Shown: positions 23,101-36,701, counted from the whole stretch's first letter. The stretch: DNA of 60,276 bases, filler included, from Stramenopiles sp. TOSAG23-6 (GCA_900128565.1; 12 parts of 12 records of this genome joined end to end with filler, not necessarily neighbours in it); one strand, 5' to 3'. Notes: generated by a model from the sequence alone, not told the origin. A program made the numbers and translations.

Positions 23101-25122
23101 AGTGATACCCATACCACAAATTATCACAAATGAAAAAAACAGTACAACTGCAACCCCCAAAGAGCAAGTCATTATACAAAATATCGATGATACAAAACGA
23201 AATGAAGATGAGACAAATGCTTCTGTCACTCAATCGAAAATAATTTCTAGAGACGTCGGCAATGTATCAACAAAACATGAAAGCGTTGAAACTATGAAAC
23301 TGGATACTCACATTCGTCAATTATTTACAAAGTATGATAAACACAATACGGGTACTTTAGATAAGAAATCGATTGGCAAGTTATCAAAAGATATGGGTGA
23401 AAAACTTACAACTCTAATTGGACATAAAAAGCTTGATATGGCATTTGCAGATATGAATCCTAATGATGATGATAGAGTTACACTTGATAACTTCTTAGAT
23501 TGGCATCATCGTACTCATCCTACAGAACCAGCACACTTGATACTTCAAATAAAACATCTATTTAATAAACTAGATATTGAAAATACTGGTACATTAGATG
23601 AAAAGAATATCAAAATACTACTGAAACAAACAGGAAACAAACTCACTGGTAAATTTAGTTTGCATAAACATAAAAAACTTGATAATGCATTTGCAGAAAT
23701 GGATACAGATCACAGTGGTGTAGTTACATGTGACGAATTTATTGATTGGCAACAAGGTGTTCATGATATTCCTCGAAAGGCAACCAATAGCTCCGATAAA
23801 GAAAAACAGCTATCTAATAAGGATCTACCACAAACAACAGCTGTTGTAGATGCACGTATTCGTGAATTATTTACAAAGTATGATAAATACAATACAGGTA
23901 CTTTAGATAAGAAATCGATTGGCAAGTTATCAAAGGATATGGGTGAAAAACTTACAACTCTTATTGGACATAAAAAACTTGATATGGCATTTGCAGATAT
24001 GAATCCTAATGATGATGATAGAGTTACACTTGATAACTTCTTAGATTGGCATCATCGTACTCATCCTACAGAACCAGCACACTTGATACTTCAAATAAAA
24101 CATCTATTTAATAAACTAGATATTGAAAATACTGGTACATTAGATGAAAAGAATATCAAAATACTACTGAAACAAACAGGAAACAAACTCACTGGTAAAT
24201 TTAGTTTGCATAAACATAAAAAACTTGATAATGCATTTGCAGAAATGGATACAGATCACAGTGGTGTAGTTACATGTGACGAATTTATCGATTGGCAGCA
24301 GACGTTGCATGATATAGTCGATGAAGGAGCAGAGGCGCCAATGGGAGAGAAGAAAACAGCTGTAGTAGATGCACGTATTCGTCAATTATTTACAAAGTAT
24401 GATAAAAACAATACAGGTACTTTAGATAAGAAATCAGTTGGTAAATTATCAAAGGATATGGGTGAAAAACTTACAACTCTAACTGGACATAAAAAACTTG
24501 ATATGGCATTTGCAGATATGAATCCTAATGATAATGATAGAGTTACACTTAGTAACTTCTTAGATTGGCATCATCGTACTCATCCTACAGAACAGAGCAA
24601 CCGAGATAGGGCAAAAATGATTGGCTCAAAAACAGTGCAAAAAAAACAAAAGATAAAAAAGGATAAAAAACAAAAGATTAAAAAGATAAAAAATGAAAAG
24701 AATAAGTCATCTGCAACATCATATTCTACAGAAATGCCAAATATGAAAAATATAAAAAATATAAAAAATATAAAAAATCAAAAGCAAAACTGCAACGGAT
24801 TTAGATCTTTCGCGTTGTCTCTTGAGATAGAATTAAAAGAAAGAATAGATAAATTAGAAATTCAACGTGTAAGAGTAGAAAAAGATATACAAAATGAATT
24901 AGGGTTAGAACAAGGAAAGTTAGTTAATAAAGTAGAAAAAACTGTCATTGTCAATGAAAACAAAGTGAAAAAACTTAAATTAATTCATGATGAAATTCAA
25001 TTGAAAAAGTTAAATGTCATTGATTTTATATTTGACAAAGTTATTTCACAATCTCAAGGATTTCGTGATGTTTTGATGAAATGTAAGAATGAATATAAAT
25101 CACTTTTTGAAAGTGTTTTGGA
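20187..25122 (+). CDS. Large multi-EF-hand protein with near-identical tandem modules (partial at both ends)
   Basis: Over 1600 aa of open frame. Repeated EF loops DKHNTGTLD, DIENTGTLD, DTDHSGVVTCDE. Confidence 0.85.
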
Positions 25123-25280
25123 NNNNNNNNNNNNNNNNNNNNNNNNNNNNNNNNNNNNNNNNNNNNTTAATTAATTAANNNNNNNNNNNNNNNNNNNNNN
25201 NNNNNNNNNNNNNNNNNNNNNNTTTCGTACGAAATTTTGTACCTAACGATTTTTTTTTGAAATATTTTTCTAAAATATAT

Positions 25281-25456
25281 ACAGTTGTAATGTACGAAAT
25301 ATTTCAATGTCCGGAAAAAATTGTCATGTTGTCAATAGTACTGCAACATTAAAGAGATCTGAGGCCATCGAATTAGCGTCACTTTTGGGTGCATCTGATA
25401 GTGAGGATGGTTTGGCAGATACTGACTTTGGGTTTTCATTTCTGCCAACAGACTAA
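25281..25456 (+). CDS. Terminal exon of an unidentified gene
   Basis: Follows a family-intron 3' end (25223-25280). Open frame to TAA. Confidence 0.45.
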
Positions 25457-25555
25457 TAAAAATGATGAATATTCTTGAGTAATTTTATTTTATCGGTCTT
25501 TACATTTTAGCACAAGATTAATATACACAACAAAATATAGTAAATTTCATTCTAA

Positions 25556-28520
25556 TCAGTCAATTAGTTCATCTGACATTGGTGTAAATCTTTTGACCAA
25601 TTTTGTTGTATCTCTATCTCCCCCAGAAATACGTGACAATGACCACAAAAGGGGCCAAAAACTATTAGCAAGTACAACAAACAATGATACACTATCAGCT
25701 ATCACACTCAGCCATAATGCCATACCACGAAAGACAACAAGTAAAATCACGATAGCATTGATAGAAATTGCTAAACATATATTGAAAATAACAAGTTGCT
25801 GTGCTCGTTTGGCGACGATGATAGCCCCCGGTAAGTTACCTAAATCACCCTGCAGCACGGCACTAGCAGCATCAGCAGTTGTACGAGAACCAATTTCCTG
25901 TACTGCTATACCAATATCAGCATTAGCTAGTGCTATACAGTCATTCAAGCCATCGCCTATAAAAGCTACAACCTCGCCTAAATCTTTTCTCTCTTTTATC
26001 CAACGACCCTTTTCTTCTGGTAGTTGTCCTTGATAAACACCTAGCTCAAAATCAATTACAGAAGCGACAGAGTCAACAGCGGCACCCTTATCACCAGTAA
26101 GTAAAGCACACGAAATAAGTATTGTGAAAAAATATTTGAAAAACACTCCATTAGCATTAGGTACATAATTTCGTACAAGACAAAATGTAACTAAAAATTG
26201 AAACGAAAACGAACACCCGAAGCATTCAAATGCCTAAATGTTTCTACGGAATCTCCTCGAATTGTATCGCGAAGAAGAATCATACCAGCAACTATGTATT
26301 TTGGAAAAATATTTCAAAAAAAAGTAACTCCACATCGATCATGTCTCTTAAACTGTGTAAGTTGAGGTAACTCTCCAGCACCTGCAAATGAAACAACACA
26401 CCCTGTATAGCTAGACATTATTGAGCGAGCAAGCGGATGGTTATCTGCCGATTCAACTGTTGCTGCCCATCGGTGAACATCTTCAAACGTCCATCCACAA
26501 TTTAAATTTTTATCACTAGGCGGAGTAAATACTTTCATATCGATGACTTTAAACTCTCCATTCGTTATAGTACCTGTTTTGTCCACACCCACGGAAGTAA
26601 TCGAAGCCAGATTTGAAAGAGCTTCTGAAGATTTTACTAGCAATTTGTATCTTTTAGCGAGAATTGCAACAGAAGTTGCCCATACCATTGGTGCGGCACC
26701 TACAATAGCACATGGACAACCAGCTACAATGATTACAAGAAATTGAGTAAAATTGTGTTGATAGAGGGAGACAAAAATTGCTATGATTATTATAATAGGA
26801 GTGTACCTGTAATTTTCAGAAATTATTTCAAAAATTTGAAATTTGTTAGGTGCATAATTTGATACGAATAAATAAATAAATAAATTTGAAATGACTCATA
26901 CAAATTTGATACGAATAAATAAATAAATTTGAAATGAATCATACAAATTGATACGAATAAATAAATAAAAATAAATTTGAAATGAATCATAAAAACATAC
27001 CACGACGCAAACATATCTACGAGACTTTGAGTGTGAGACTTTGTGGATTGAATAGTCGCTACAAGGTCATTAATTTTGCTTCGGAAAGAATCTTTCACAA
27101 CTGCTTCTGCTTCGACGACGAGGAAACCAAATTGAACAACAGAACCTGATTGAACTCTACTCTGAAGTTTTTTATTCTTTGCAACCAAAAGTGGTTCCCC
27201 GGTAACGCGACTCTCATCAACTTGTGCTGATCCTTTAACAACTAAACCATCACAAGGAATGGATTTTGGGAAAATATGACAAAAACAAAATTCTTTTGTT
27301 AGGTACAAAACTGTCGACGAAAAAAAAAAAAAAAAAAATCCATGATGAAAATCTACATCTCCTCTCCTACTCTAATGATAATTTTCATTCCTTTCTGAAC
27401 TTTATGGATTTTGGGAAAATATTTCAAACATTAAAATCGTTAGGTACAAAATTTCGTACGAAAAAAAATCGAATTTGAAAAAAAATAACATCGATCATCC
27501 GATTTTTGCCTTTTTCCAAATCTTCACTCATAATTGTCACTTTTCGTGTTTTTTGAGTTGTCATGTATTTTGGAAAATTAAAAATACAACAATTTGTTAG
27601 ATTAGCTACGAAAGTTCGTCAGAATAAATAAATAAATTTAAAATTAAAGTCCACAACGTACATGTATTTTGGAAAAATATTTCAAAAAAAAATCGTTACG
27701 TACAAAATTTCGTACGAAAAATAATTTCGAAATTGAAAGAAAATAAAACGTACATAGTCTTCAACCTTTTACTCACAGTAGCAAAAACAGCCATTTTTAT
27801 ATCATCCATAGTAGTAACAATCAAAGCAACCATAGCCGCAGACATTAGTTCACCTTGGGCAACGGAACCAAAAATTGCTGTTACCATTAATACATCAGCA
27901 TTAATTTGATATAGTAGAAGAGCTGAGAGTGCTCTCTGGTAGACTTTATAGCTTAGTATCAGGACAATGAGATAAAAGCCTAAAGCAATTGTGGCGAGTA
28001 TAGCACCACTAGTATCATAGCTAGTTGCGTTATCATGAGACATAAGGAAGACATAGTCAAGAGAACGAAGTGAACTGATGTCACATGGAAAAGGGCAAAA
28101 TGTTGAAAATCGTTGAATAGTAATAGCTGTTGAAAATAAAATGAATTGTGCAAATAATGGTAAATGGTCACATGTGTTGGATTCCGAAGAATTGTCAACT
28201 GTGTCACCAGATTCTCTTAATGATGCTCCAAGGAACTTTGTATTGAGCTTATCGACCAGCATTAATGGCTTGACGTCCTCGGTATGTGTAATAAACACAA
28301 GTCGGTCCATGACGCTTGCTGCGATATTTCTAATACCGTCAAAATCTGAAAGTAATTGCTTCACCATCTTTACTTCCCCGTTACAACACATTGAATCAAC
28401 TCGTAAGCACGTCTCAACCAAACTTGTTGATTCTTTTGTATTGTTTTTAGGCAAAAGAGGGGAGATCTCACTTAAAGGAATTTTCTTCATTTCCGAGTTA
28501 TACAAGATTGCTAGGTTCAA
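25556..28520 (-). CDS. P1B heavy-metal (Zn/Cd-type) ATPase; introns 27662-27753, 27563-27661, 27404-27489, 27259-27356, 26807-27000, remnant ending 26294, 26117-26214
   Basis: HMA MCCNGE, GEEIPCDG, VDESRVTGE, GCPCA, DKTGT, HPLA, LLTGD, GDGLND. Confidence 0.9.
26117..26214 (-). other. Family intron, GT...TT
   Basis: GTTCGT...GTACCTAAT...TTCACAATACTT. Joins NASG|ISCALLTGD. Confidence 0.65.
26807..27000 (-). other. Family intron, GT...AG, with internal ~42-bp tandem repeats
   Basis: Joins FASW|YTP. Confidence 0.85.
27563..27753 (-). other. Two abutting GT...AT introns (27662-27753 and 27563-27661) with no exon between them
   Basis: Junction reads CCAAAATACAT|GTACGTTG. Removing both gives LKT-M-TTQK. 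Confidence 0.75.
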
Positions 28521-28849
28521 ATCTCGGTGAAATTTTGCTGATTAAACAGTACAATATACGTATCTCTTATTTCAACAAATCTACACAGTGACTTACACTT
28601 AGTGATGTGCTTTAAGTGCCACAGATTCTTTGGTGGTGCTCACTATAGTCTATACGAGTTGTTTGACTTTGACTGTCATGATGACGATGACAGTGTGACA
28701 CCATGACAGCACACGATGACTGACCCTTGGACTGACTGACGTCATTTGAAAAATTTTCAGTTTTTAAAAACTGTTCACTTGTCAACGGACACGGTCAACA
28801 TCATTTTTTTGTCAATTTATTTTATTTAGTTAATTGAAACTTCAAACTT

Positions 28850-30103
28850 TCATCGCAAAGCTTCTAAAATCTTTTCAGGAGTGATTACACCATGTGCAAC
28901 AAATGAGGGTACAAAACGACCTTGTGCGAGTTGTCTATTTCCACCACCCACTACAACCTTTGCAATTTTCTTTTCTTTTCCACTTTTTGAAGAAATATGC
29001 TTTTTGCTAGGGTTGTGTTTTTTTTGTACCTTTACTTCTGCCCTTATACCTGCAGAGAGATTTTTTTCTAAAGATTTAAAGATATTACCTGCATGCTCAC
29101 CAGAATTTTTACTATCTTCACCACAGGCAACACAAAGGTAGTCCTTGCACATAAGAATATGAGTAACATTATCACTAGCATGGCGATTAAGAAGTACTTC
29201 GCCCCGCCGACGCAAAGATGAAGCACCAAGTGTGTCTGGTACATGTATTTTGGAAAAATATTTGAAAAAAAAAAAACTAAAATTTGTTAGGTACAAAATT
29301 TTGTACGAAAAAAAAATCGAATTTGAAACAAAATAAAACATACATGATGGATCCATATAGGTGTTCCTTTTGATGTTACACCTTTAGCTAATGGATCTGA
29401 TGGAGCTGATGCGCAAAATTCTCGAATAGTTTTGACTTGGGTTTTGCAATCATTCAGACTAGCTTGTAACTTTTTTACTCGCCCCAAAGCTTCATTTGGT
29501 TCAACTTTAAGAGTATTTGAAATATCTAATAATTCATCATGTTGTTGTTGTAACCAAGCAACTGCCGCACGACCAGCTACAGCTTCTATGTATTTTGGAA
29601 AAATATTTAAAAAAAAATCTAAAAAAATAGTTAGGTACGAAATTGCGTACGAAAAAAAATCGAATTTGAAAAAAAAATAAAACATACATGCGTCTTGTTC
29701 CAACAGCTACTGAAGAATCACGAATTACTTTGATTGGATAAGTTTTGTCTGTAGTTGACACATGTGTACCTCCACACAATTCTCTAGAATAAACACTATT
29801 ACTACTACTATCACCACCAATTTCAACAAGTCGAACTTCTTCTCCATACTTTTCTTCAAAATTTGCAATAGCACCAAGTTTTCTAGCATTATCAAGAGTA
29901 GTCAGAGAAGGATGAACAGTCATACCAGCAATTGCAGCAGCATTTGCCCTGGATTCCACAGCAGCAATCTCAGAATCAGACAATGCTGAAGTGTGTGTGA
30001 AATCAAATGTAAGTTTATTCGTAGCAACTTGAGAACCAGACTGAATTACATGAGTTCCCAATTCGTCGCGCAACGCACTGTGCAATATATGTGTTGCTGT
30101 ATG
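28850..30103 (-). CDS. alaS: Alanyl-tRNA synthetase (organellar-type), 3' part; introns 29588-29687 and 29243-29343
   Basis: HTATHILHSALR, LTFDFTH, FEEKYG, SRELCGGTHV, GTRRIEAVAG, GGGNRQLAQG. Confidence 0.92.
29588..29687 (-). other. Family intron, GT...AT
   Basis: Restores GTRR-I-EAV. Using the AG 2 nt downstream frameshifts. Confidence 0.9.
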
Positions 30104-30305
30104 ATGTATTTTGGAAAAATATTTCAAAAAAAATCTAAAAAAAATTGTTAGGTACNNNNNNNNNNNNNNNNNNNNNNNNNNNNNNNNNNNNNNNNNNNNT
30201 TAATTAATTAANNNNNNNNNNNNNNNNNNNNNNNNNNNNNNNNNNNNNNNNNNNNCATAATAATAATAATAATAATAAAAAAGTCATTTAAAAAAAAAAA
30301 CGTAC

Positions 30306-33300
30306 ATTCGTGCTCGTCTGAATAAAATTTTACCTAGAGTAAACTGAAATTTTGTTGCTGAATTATTACTTAACCCAAGAACGAAAAAAGTACATAATTT
30401 CGTGTTTTGTGTCACGAAATCATAAAAATGATTATCTTTTGTACAAATTGTAAAACAATGCCAAGGGACACTAGGGTTAGGGTTTACATTTTGTGTTTTG
30501 TTGGTTGTATGCATTGGACTATATGGACCAAAATGAACAGACACAATATCATCAAGAAACAGTTTTGTTCCAAATTGTTGTTGTTTTGGATCATTTTTTG
30601 GATCACCCCAACAAATATACGATTTTATCATTGAAATATCATTATTCGTGTTAGGGTTAGGGTTAAATATAACTTTTACAAATTTTTGTTTTGGTTTTGT
30701 TTTCATTGTTTTGATTGTCATAACAGAACCATTTGTCATTATTGTATTTGCATGTAATACATTGATTTCGTGTTTTAATTGACGACATTTTTTGTTTAAT
30801 TGAATTCTTTCATTGATATTTGACTGTAAAACAAAATTTGTTTTTTGTATATTTTGTATTGTAGACAAAGATTCAACATTTCGTGTTTTTTTTTCAGATT
30901 CATTTTTTTTCACTACATTTTGAATATTTACTTCATATTCATTATGTAAAGATTGTAATTGTATTTCATATTCATTATGTATGTTTTGAATTGTTGCTTC
31001 ATGTTCAGTACGATGAATAAAATTTTCATTAGGGTTAGGGTTTTCATTAGGGTTAGGGTTATGTTCATCATTATTTTTGTCATTCATTGAAAATGCATCA
31101 AAAGTATCATTTGTAACAATTGCTTCATTTGTATCATCACCACCAGATGAAATTTCAAACGCATCAAAATCAGCATCATTGTTTTCTTCTTGTGAGTCAG
31201 ATGTAACGACTTGAAATGCATCGAAATTATCATTCGTATTTTGATTAGGGTTAGGGTTTGTTTGATTATTTTGAATTTCTTTTAAATTTTGTAATTCTGT
31301 TTGTAATGTTTGATTTTTAAGATGATATTCCTCCTCATACTGTTTTGCTTTCTCTTGAGATTGTGTATAGAATGTACAACAATATATCAAAGTTGATTTT
31401 TTTTTGTTAGGTAGGGAAATTTTGAAATTTTTTTTTGAAAAAAAAAAAAAAAAAAATTTAAAAAAAAAAAAAAAAAAATTTTAAAAAAAATTCTGAAAAA
31501 AAAAAATCAAAAAAATAGATAACATACAATTTCATCTTTCAATGTTGAAACAGTTGAATCATATTTTTCAACATGAGCTTGGACAGATATTTCATGTGCT
31601 GTATGCATTTCTTTCAACGAATTTTCAATTATTTCAATTTTTGTACAAAATTGTTTTTTTTCATTTTCCATGGATTGAATTTCATTTTCAGATTTAGATA
31701 AAACAATTTTGTGTTTTTCATGTTTATCTAAATGTAAAGAATGTTCATCTTGTAATATTGTATTATTTTTTTGTAAAGATTCTAATTCTTGAATAAGTTG
31801 AAGAATTCGTGATTCATTTACGTTAGATGATGTTTGTTCCATTTTCAGGTTTTCAATCATTTTATTTGAACAGTTTTGTTCCATACGCATTTCGTCCATT
31901 GTGTTCGCTTGTAAAGTCGCTACTTCAATCGCTTTCTGTCGATCTTCTTTTTCATGCTCATACTTTGTTTTATATTCATCAACTGTTGTTTGTATTTCAT
32001 CTACTTCATCTATATATTTTTCAGAAATGTTTGAAATTTCATTTTGATAATCCATTTCGATTTTCTTCATTTTGTAATTTGTTTGACATTCGAATTCAAA
32101 TTGTGTTTCAAGTTCAGAATATTCTTTTTTCTGTATTGACATTTCATTCTTTAGAGTATTTGATTGTGTAGTCATGTCATTTAATTTTGATTCTATATTT
32201 GATATTAATTGTGTGGAGTTATTTTTTTCAATGATGGCTTCATCAATTTTTTTTTGAAATTCGTGTTTTGCCATTTCGTGATTTTGTATAATGTTTTCAT
32301 GTTTTTGTACATTTTGTTCTGATGTTGAAAGATTTTGTTTATACATTTTTAATTGAATGTTTGCATCATGTAATTCATTGGTAGATGTTGTATACTTTTG
32401 TATTGTATCCAAATTTTGTTGTTTTGCGATTTCGTGTTCGTTGTGTAATTGTTGAATTTTATTTGAATAGATTTCGTGTTCATTGTCGACTGCATTTTTC
32501 AACTCGATTTCGTGTTTTTTTGTAGTATTTTGTAATTTAGAATTAATTTGATCAAATTGTTGTAATGTTTTTGAATGTAATTCAACAATATTTTTATTTT
32601 TTGTATGTAAATTTTGAATTTCAGTGGATAAACTGTCGTGTGTTGACAGAAACTGTTCACGTTCGATAGACATTTCTTCGATTTCGTGTTTTGATATATT
32701 ATTTATTTCGTGTTGTTTCAATAATTTTTCGTGTTCTGTTGTGTACAAACGATGTTGTTCAATTTCTAATGTTTTTAGTTTTTCATATGATATTGATGAT
32801 ATTGATGATATTGATGATATAGATTGATCATTGTTGTTTGTTTTATGTTGTGGATTATCATTATCGATTTTTTTTTGTATTTTTTGTGTTTTTTGTTTTT
32901 TTTGGTTTAGAGATGGTTGAGATGTAGTAGGGTTAGGGCTTTTATCATTTTTATCATTTTTGTTATGTTTTTTATGCTTTGCTTTAGGTGACCAATTGGA
33001 TCCTAAATCAGCAAATGGATCTGTATATTTTGTATCAGACATGTTGTTGGATTGTACAGATGGTACTGCTTTTACATTTTTGACATTTTTATTTTGTTTT
33101 TTTTGTTTTTTTTTATTAATTTGATTAATTTCATCTTCGTCTTCAAAATCATCATCTTCATAATTATCATTATTTTTTTCATCATTATTTTTTTCATTAC
33201 TTTTATCATCATCAACATCAAAATCATTATCACTACTATATTCATCATGATTATTTTGATCATTTTGATATTGTACACTACTTGACAGTTTTGTACACTC

Positions 33301-34557
33301 ATTATTAATTAATTGATTTAAATTTGTCAATAATAAATCACGAAATTTTTTTCGGCATTCTAAATCAAAACCTATATTTGTATCCATATACTTCATGATT
33401 GTATCGCGTAGTGTAATACATTTATGTTTAAATGTTTCATTATTGTCCTGATTTGTTGTTGTGTTTGTAGAATTTTTTTTCCAATCTTTACAATTTTGAA
33501 TTTCTTCAAAATTTTGAATGGATGATAAAAATAATGTGTCACAATGTTTGATTTGTTCGTTACAAATTTCAGTAATTTTGTTGTTCCAAGACTGAAATGA
33601 CTCTGGTACAGTTACACCTGCTAAAACACATATTGGAAGAGGTGGTGAGGTTACAATTTTTGTATTTGATGTTGTATCAGAAAATATATTTTGAGAAATA
33701 TTTTGTAATGTCATTGTGCATGTATTGTGAAAAAATATATTTTTTTTTTCAGAATTTTTTTGTTAGGTACAAAATTTCGTACGAAAACCAAAAAAAAAAA
33801 TTTAGACAAAAAATTTGAAATTCGAAATTCGAAACGTACATGGACCAAATTGAGATAATTGTTTTCCAATTTGTGAATTTAATTCACCACCAATCTGAAC
33901 GTACGACAATAAACGTAAACATAAAACAAACATTTTACAATTGACAGATGATGTTCCACACACTTCACTACAATTTTGTGATGCCATTCGAGCAGCGTTA
34001 CTCATAGTTTGTTTAGGCAGTTTTGTGCGTGCAATGAAACTCATTAAAACTTTTGCATTAATTAGTTTTTTACCATGAGACAATTTTGAAAATAACGTTG
34101 TATAAAATTGATCATCCAAAGTAGTATTTGATACGGATAGTGTTGGTTGTGTTGGTTGTGTTGAGTGTATAGTTGATTTTGTATCAGGAACAACATTTGG
34201 TACAGATGATGTACTTTTGTTTTGTATGTTTTTTTGTGCATGAGGATTTTTTTGTGTGTTTTGTGTGTTTTGTATACTTTGTTTGTTACGTTGTAAACCA
34301 TTTGGAGTTCCATTATGTTTCATTGACTTGATAGGTTCCAAAGTCTTCTTTTTTTTGTTATACCAAAGCCAAATATTTGTGTTTGGATTCTTTGTATATA
34401 TTTGTTTTTGTGAGTTAAAATAATACTTTGTCTGAGCATTATACCACAAATTTGAATTTTTATCCCAAATAAAGTTTCCCTTTTTCTTATTAACATCGAG
34501 ATCTAAAGGTAATCCAGATGCTGAAACAGAAGGATACTTTGAAGGAGTTGATGACAT
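30306..34557 (-). CDS. OCRE-like / EH-like / long coiled-coil / PH-like protein, 3' partial; introns 33720-33839 and 31367-31527
   Basis: FIWDKNSNLWYNAQTKYYFNSQ (OCRE-like), long coiled coil, C-terminal ICWG...LFLDDIVSVHFG...CFTI (PH-like). Three ORFs joined in frame by GT...AT introns. Confidence 0.7.
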
Positions 34558-35632
34558 CTTAGATTTGTCTTGTTTTTTAACAAACCAATATACTTGTTAT
34601 CAAAAAAAGACTCTTTTTGGAATGTTTGACACTTTTTGAAATTTAACAGCGTTCTGTCAATGGATTTATGTATCTACAAAACAAAGGATGCACTGATTGT
34701 AGTGAATCACACAAGAGTTACGCTACCTGTAGTTGTTTACAAAAAAGAGATACAATGACTACAAATGTAAATACGAAATGTAATGTACTATAGGAGCACT
34801 GTATTAATCGAATATCAATACGATTATTATTGTATTATGTTGAAGTTTGTTCGCGTTCGTTCGTATTTTTTTCAATCTAAAGATCTTCGATTTTTTTTTC
34901 AAAGAGGAGCAAAAAAAAAAATTCAACAAAAATTGGCACAAACCTGCAGACATTCTACATGAAGAAGAAGAAAAACGGGACACAAAAAAAATCTCAAAAT
35001 GTTTTTAAAGAGCAGAGAAAAAAACACATTTCCAAAAATTAAAAAAGAAATATTGTTAGGAAATAATGATACCACTCAATGATAATACTATGCAATACTG
35101 TAGACTACTTTTGAATTCTTCTTTTTTATTGGTTTATCTAGAATTATCTCTAATATTTTTTGTACAAAAAAATATTATCCNNNNNNNNNNNNNNNNNNNN
35201 NNNNNNNNNNNNNNNNNNNNNNNNTTAATTAATTAANNNNNNNNNNNNNNNNNNNNNNNNNNNNNNNNNNNNNNNNNNNNTGATAAATGCACTTATTTCT
35301 GCCAGTAATAGTCCTGGTGCAGATATGTTTTTCGGTCCGCCAACATTACCTCCCCGTAGACCTGGTCTCCTGCTTTGTGCAAACTCGGCTATTGCAAAAA
35401 GTCTAAAAAATAATTTAGTACCTGACTTTGTTGAGAAAATACGCTCTGCCGATGCAAGACTTGTAGCATCTGCTCGCGGTGGAATGATAAAAAAGAGACA
35501 GTTGCAGCAAACCTCTAACTTAAAGATGCCAGATGAATTGAATTTGGCTGATATGATGCGTGATATGGGCCATAATTTGACGGAAGTGGCTTCAAAAGAC
35601 CTGTAAAGCTCTCACGTAGAGATCACCGAGAT

Positions 35633-36701
35633 TTGGTCATAAAGGGAGGTTTACCAGCACATTGGTTTGTTGAAAAACCACCGAAAGATCACTATAATTG
35701 GAGACCAACTCAACTATGGGGTTGGAGGACTCTACTGGAGAATGCCGCAAAACGAAACGATTTGAAAATGACAAATAATATTATTATGAAGAAACCATTT
35801 GAAGATGTCCGTGAATTTCTCAATATGCGTTTAATGTTGAATAAAATCGCATCAAATGGCATGGTTGCTATGTGTGCACTTCTTATAAAAAAAGGAGGTG
35901 CATTAGTTGATGGTGTTAGGGATTCAGAGAATGATCCGAAATGGAGAAAATGTCAAGAACAAGCTGGAGACTCAGATGCACATAAAGGTGCTACACCACT
36001 ACATGTATGTTTTTTTTTTTTTTTTCAAATTTATTTTTTTTTCATACGAAATTTCGTACCTAACGAATTTAAAAAAATATTTTTTCACAGTACATGATGC
36101 TGTACGTGAATGTCATGGAGGTTGTGTGAAATTACTTCTTGCTCTTGGTGCAAATCCAAATTATAAAAATGGCCTAGACTTTGCCCCGATTCATATTGCC
36201 ATCGCACACAATCCCCCAAAGAAAAAGATATTAGGAATGCTTCTTTCATCTAATAAATTAGATATTAACCAACGCGACTCGGTTGGTATGACAGCGTTAG
36301 AGATTGCCAAAGTTTGTGCCTCAAACAATCCTGCATATGATGTATTTCCTGAAATGGTCCAAATGATTGAAAAAGGAAAAACAGGTAGTCTTATTTGTGC
36401 TCGTTGTGGTATTGATGATGGTTTACTTCAAAAAGGAATGCTTCGATGCACTTGTCGGGTTTTTTATTGTAGTAAAAAGTGCCAGCGAGATCACTGGAGG
36501 GAGCATAAGCAACTTCATAAAGAATTGATGAAAATTGAGGATGACAAGACAGAAAATAAAGAAAACACATGTAATATAGAGGCGCTATTCAGACTTTCAA
36601 AAACATGTAGTGTGCAAAGGCAAAGTGATATGACATATACAAGTAGTAATAAGAAGGACAACGATGATATCGATAGTGATGTTGATTTGTCAATAGATTA
36701 A
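35633..36701 (+). CDS. Ankyrin + MYND-finger protein; intron 36005-36095; true start uncertain (35281-35606 may belong to it)
   Basis: GATPLH|DAVRECHGGCVKLLL, then CARCG...CTCRVFYCSKKCQRDHWREHK. Confidence 0.8.
36005..36095 (+). other. Family intron, GT...AT
   Basis: Restores ankyrin TPLH|DA. The upstream CAG at 36090 gives a frameshift and stop. Confidence 0.88.

Noticed and set aside
36003-36093. U12-type AT-AC introns
   Set aside because: No RTATCCTT donor or TCCTTAAC branch consensus, and unambiguous copies (57041-57154, 19178-19273, 42192-42302) require a GT start.
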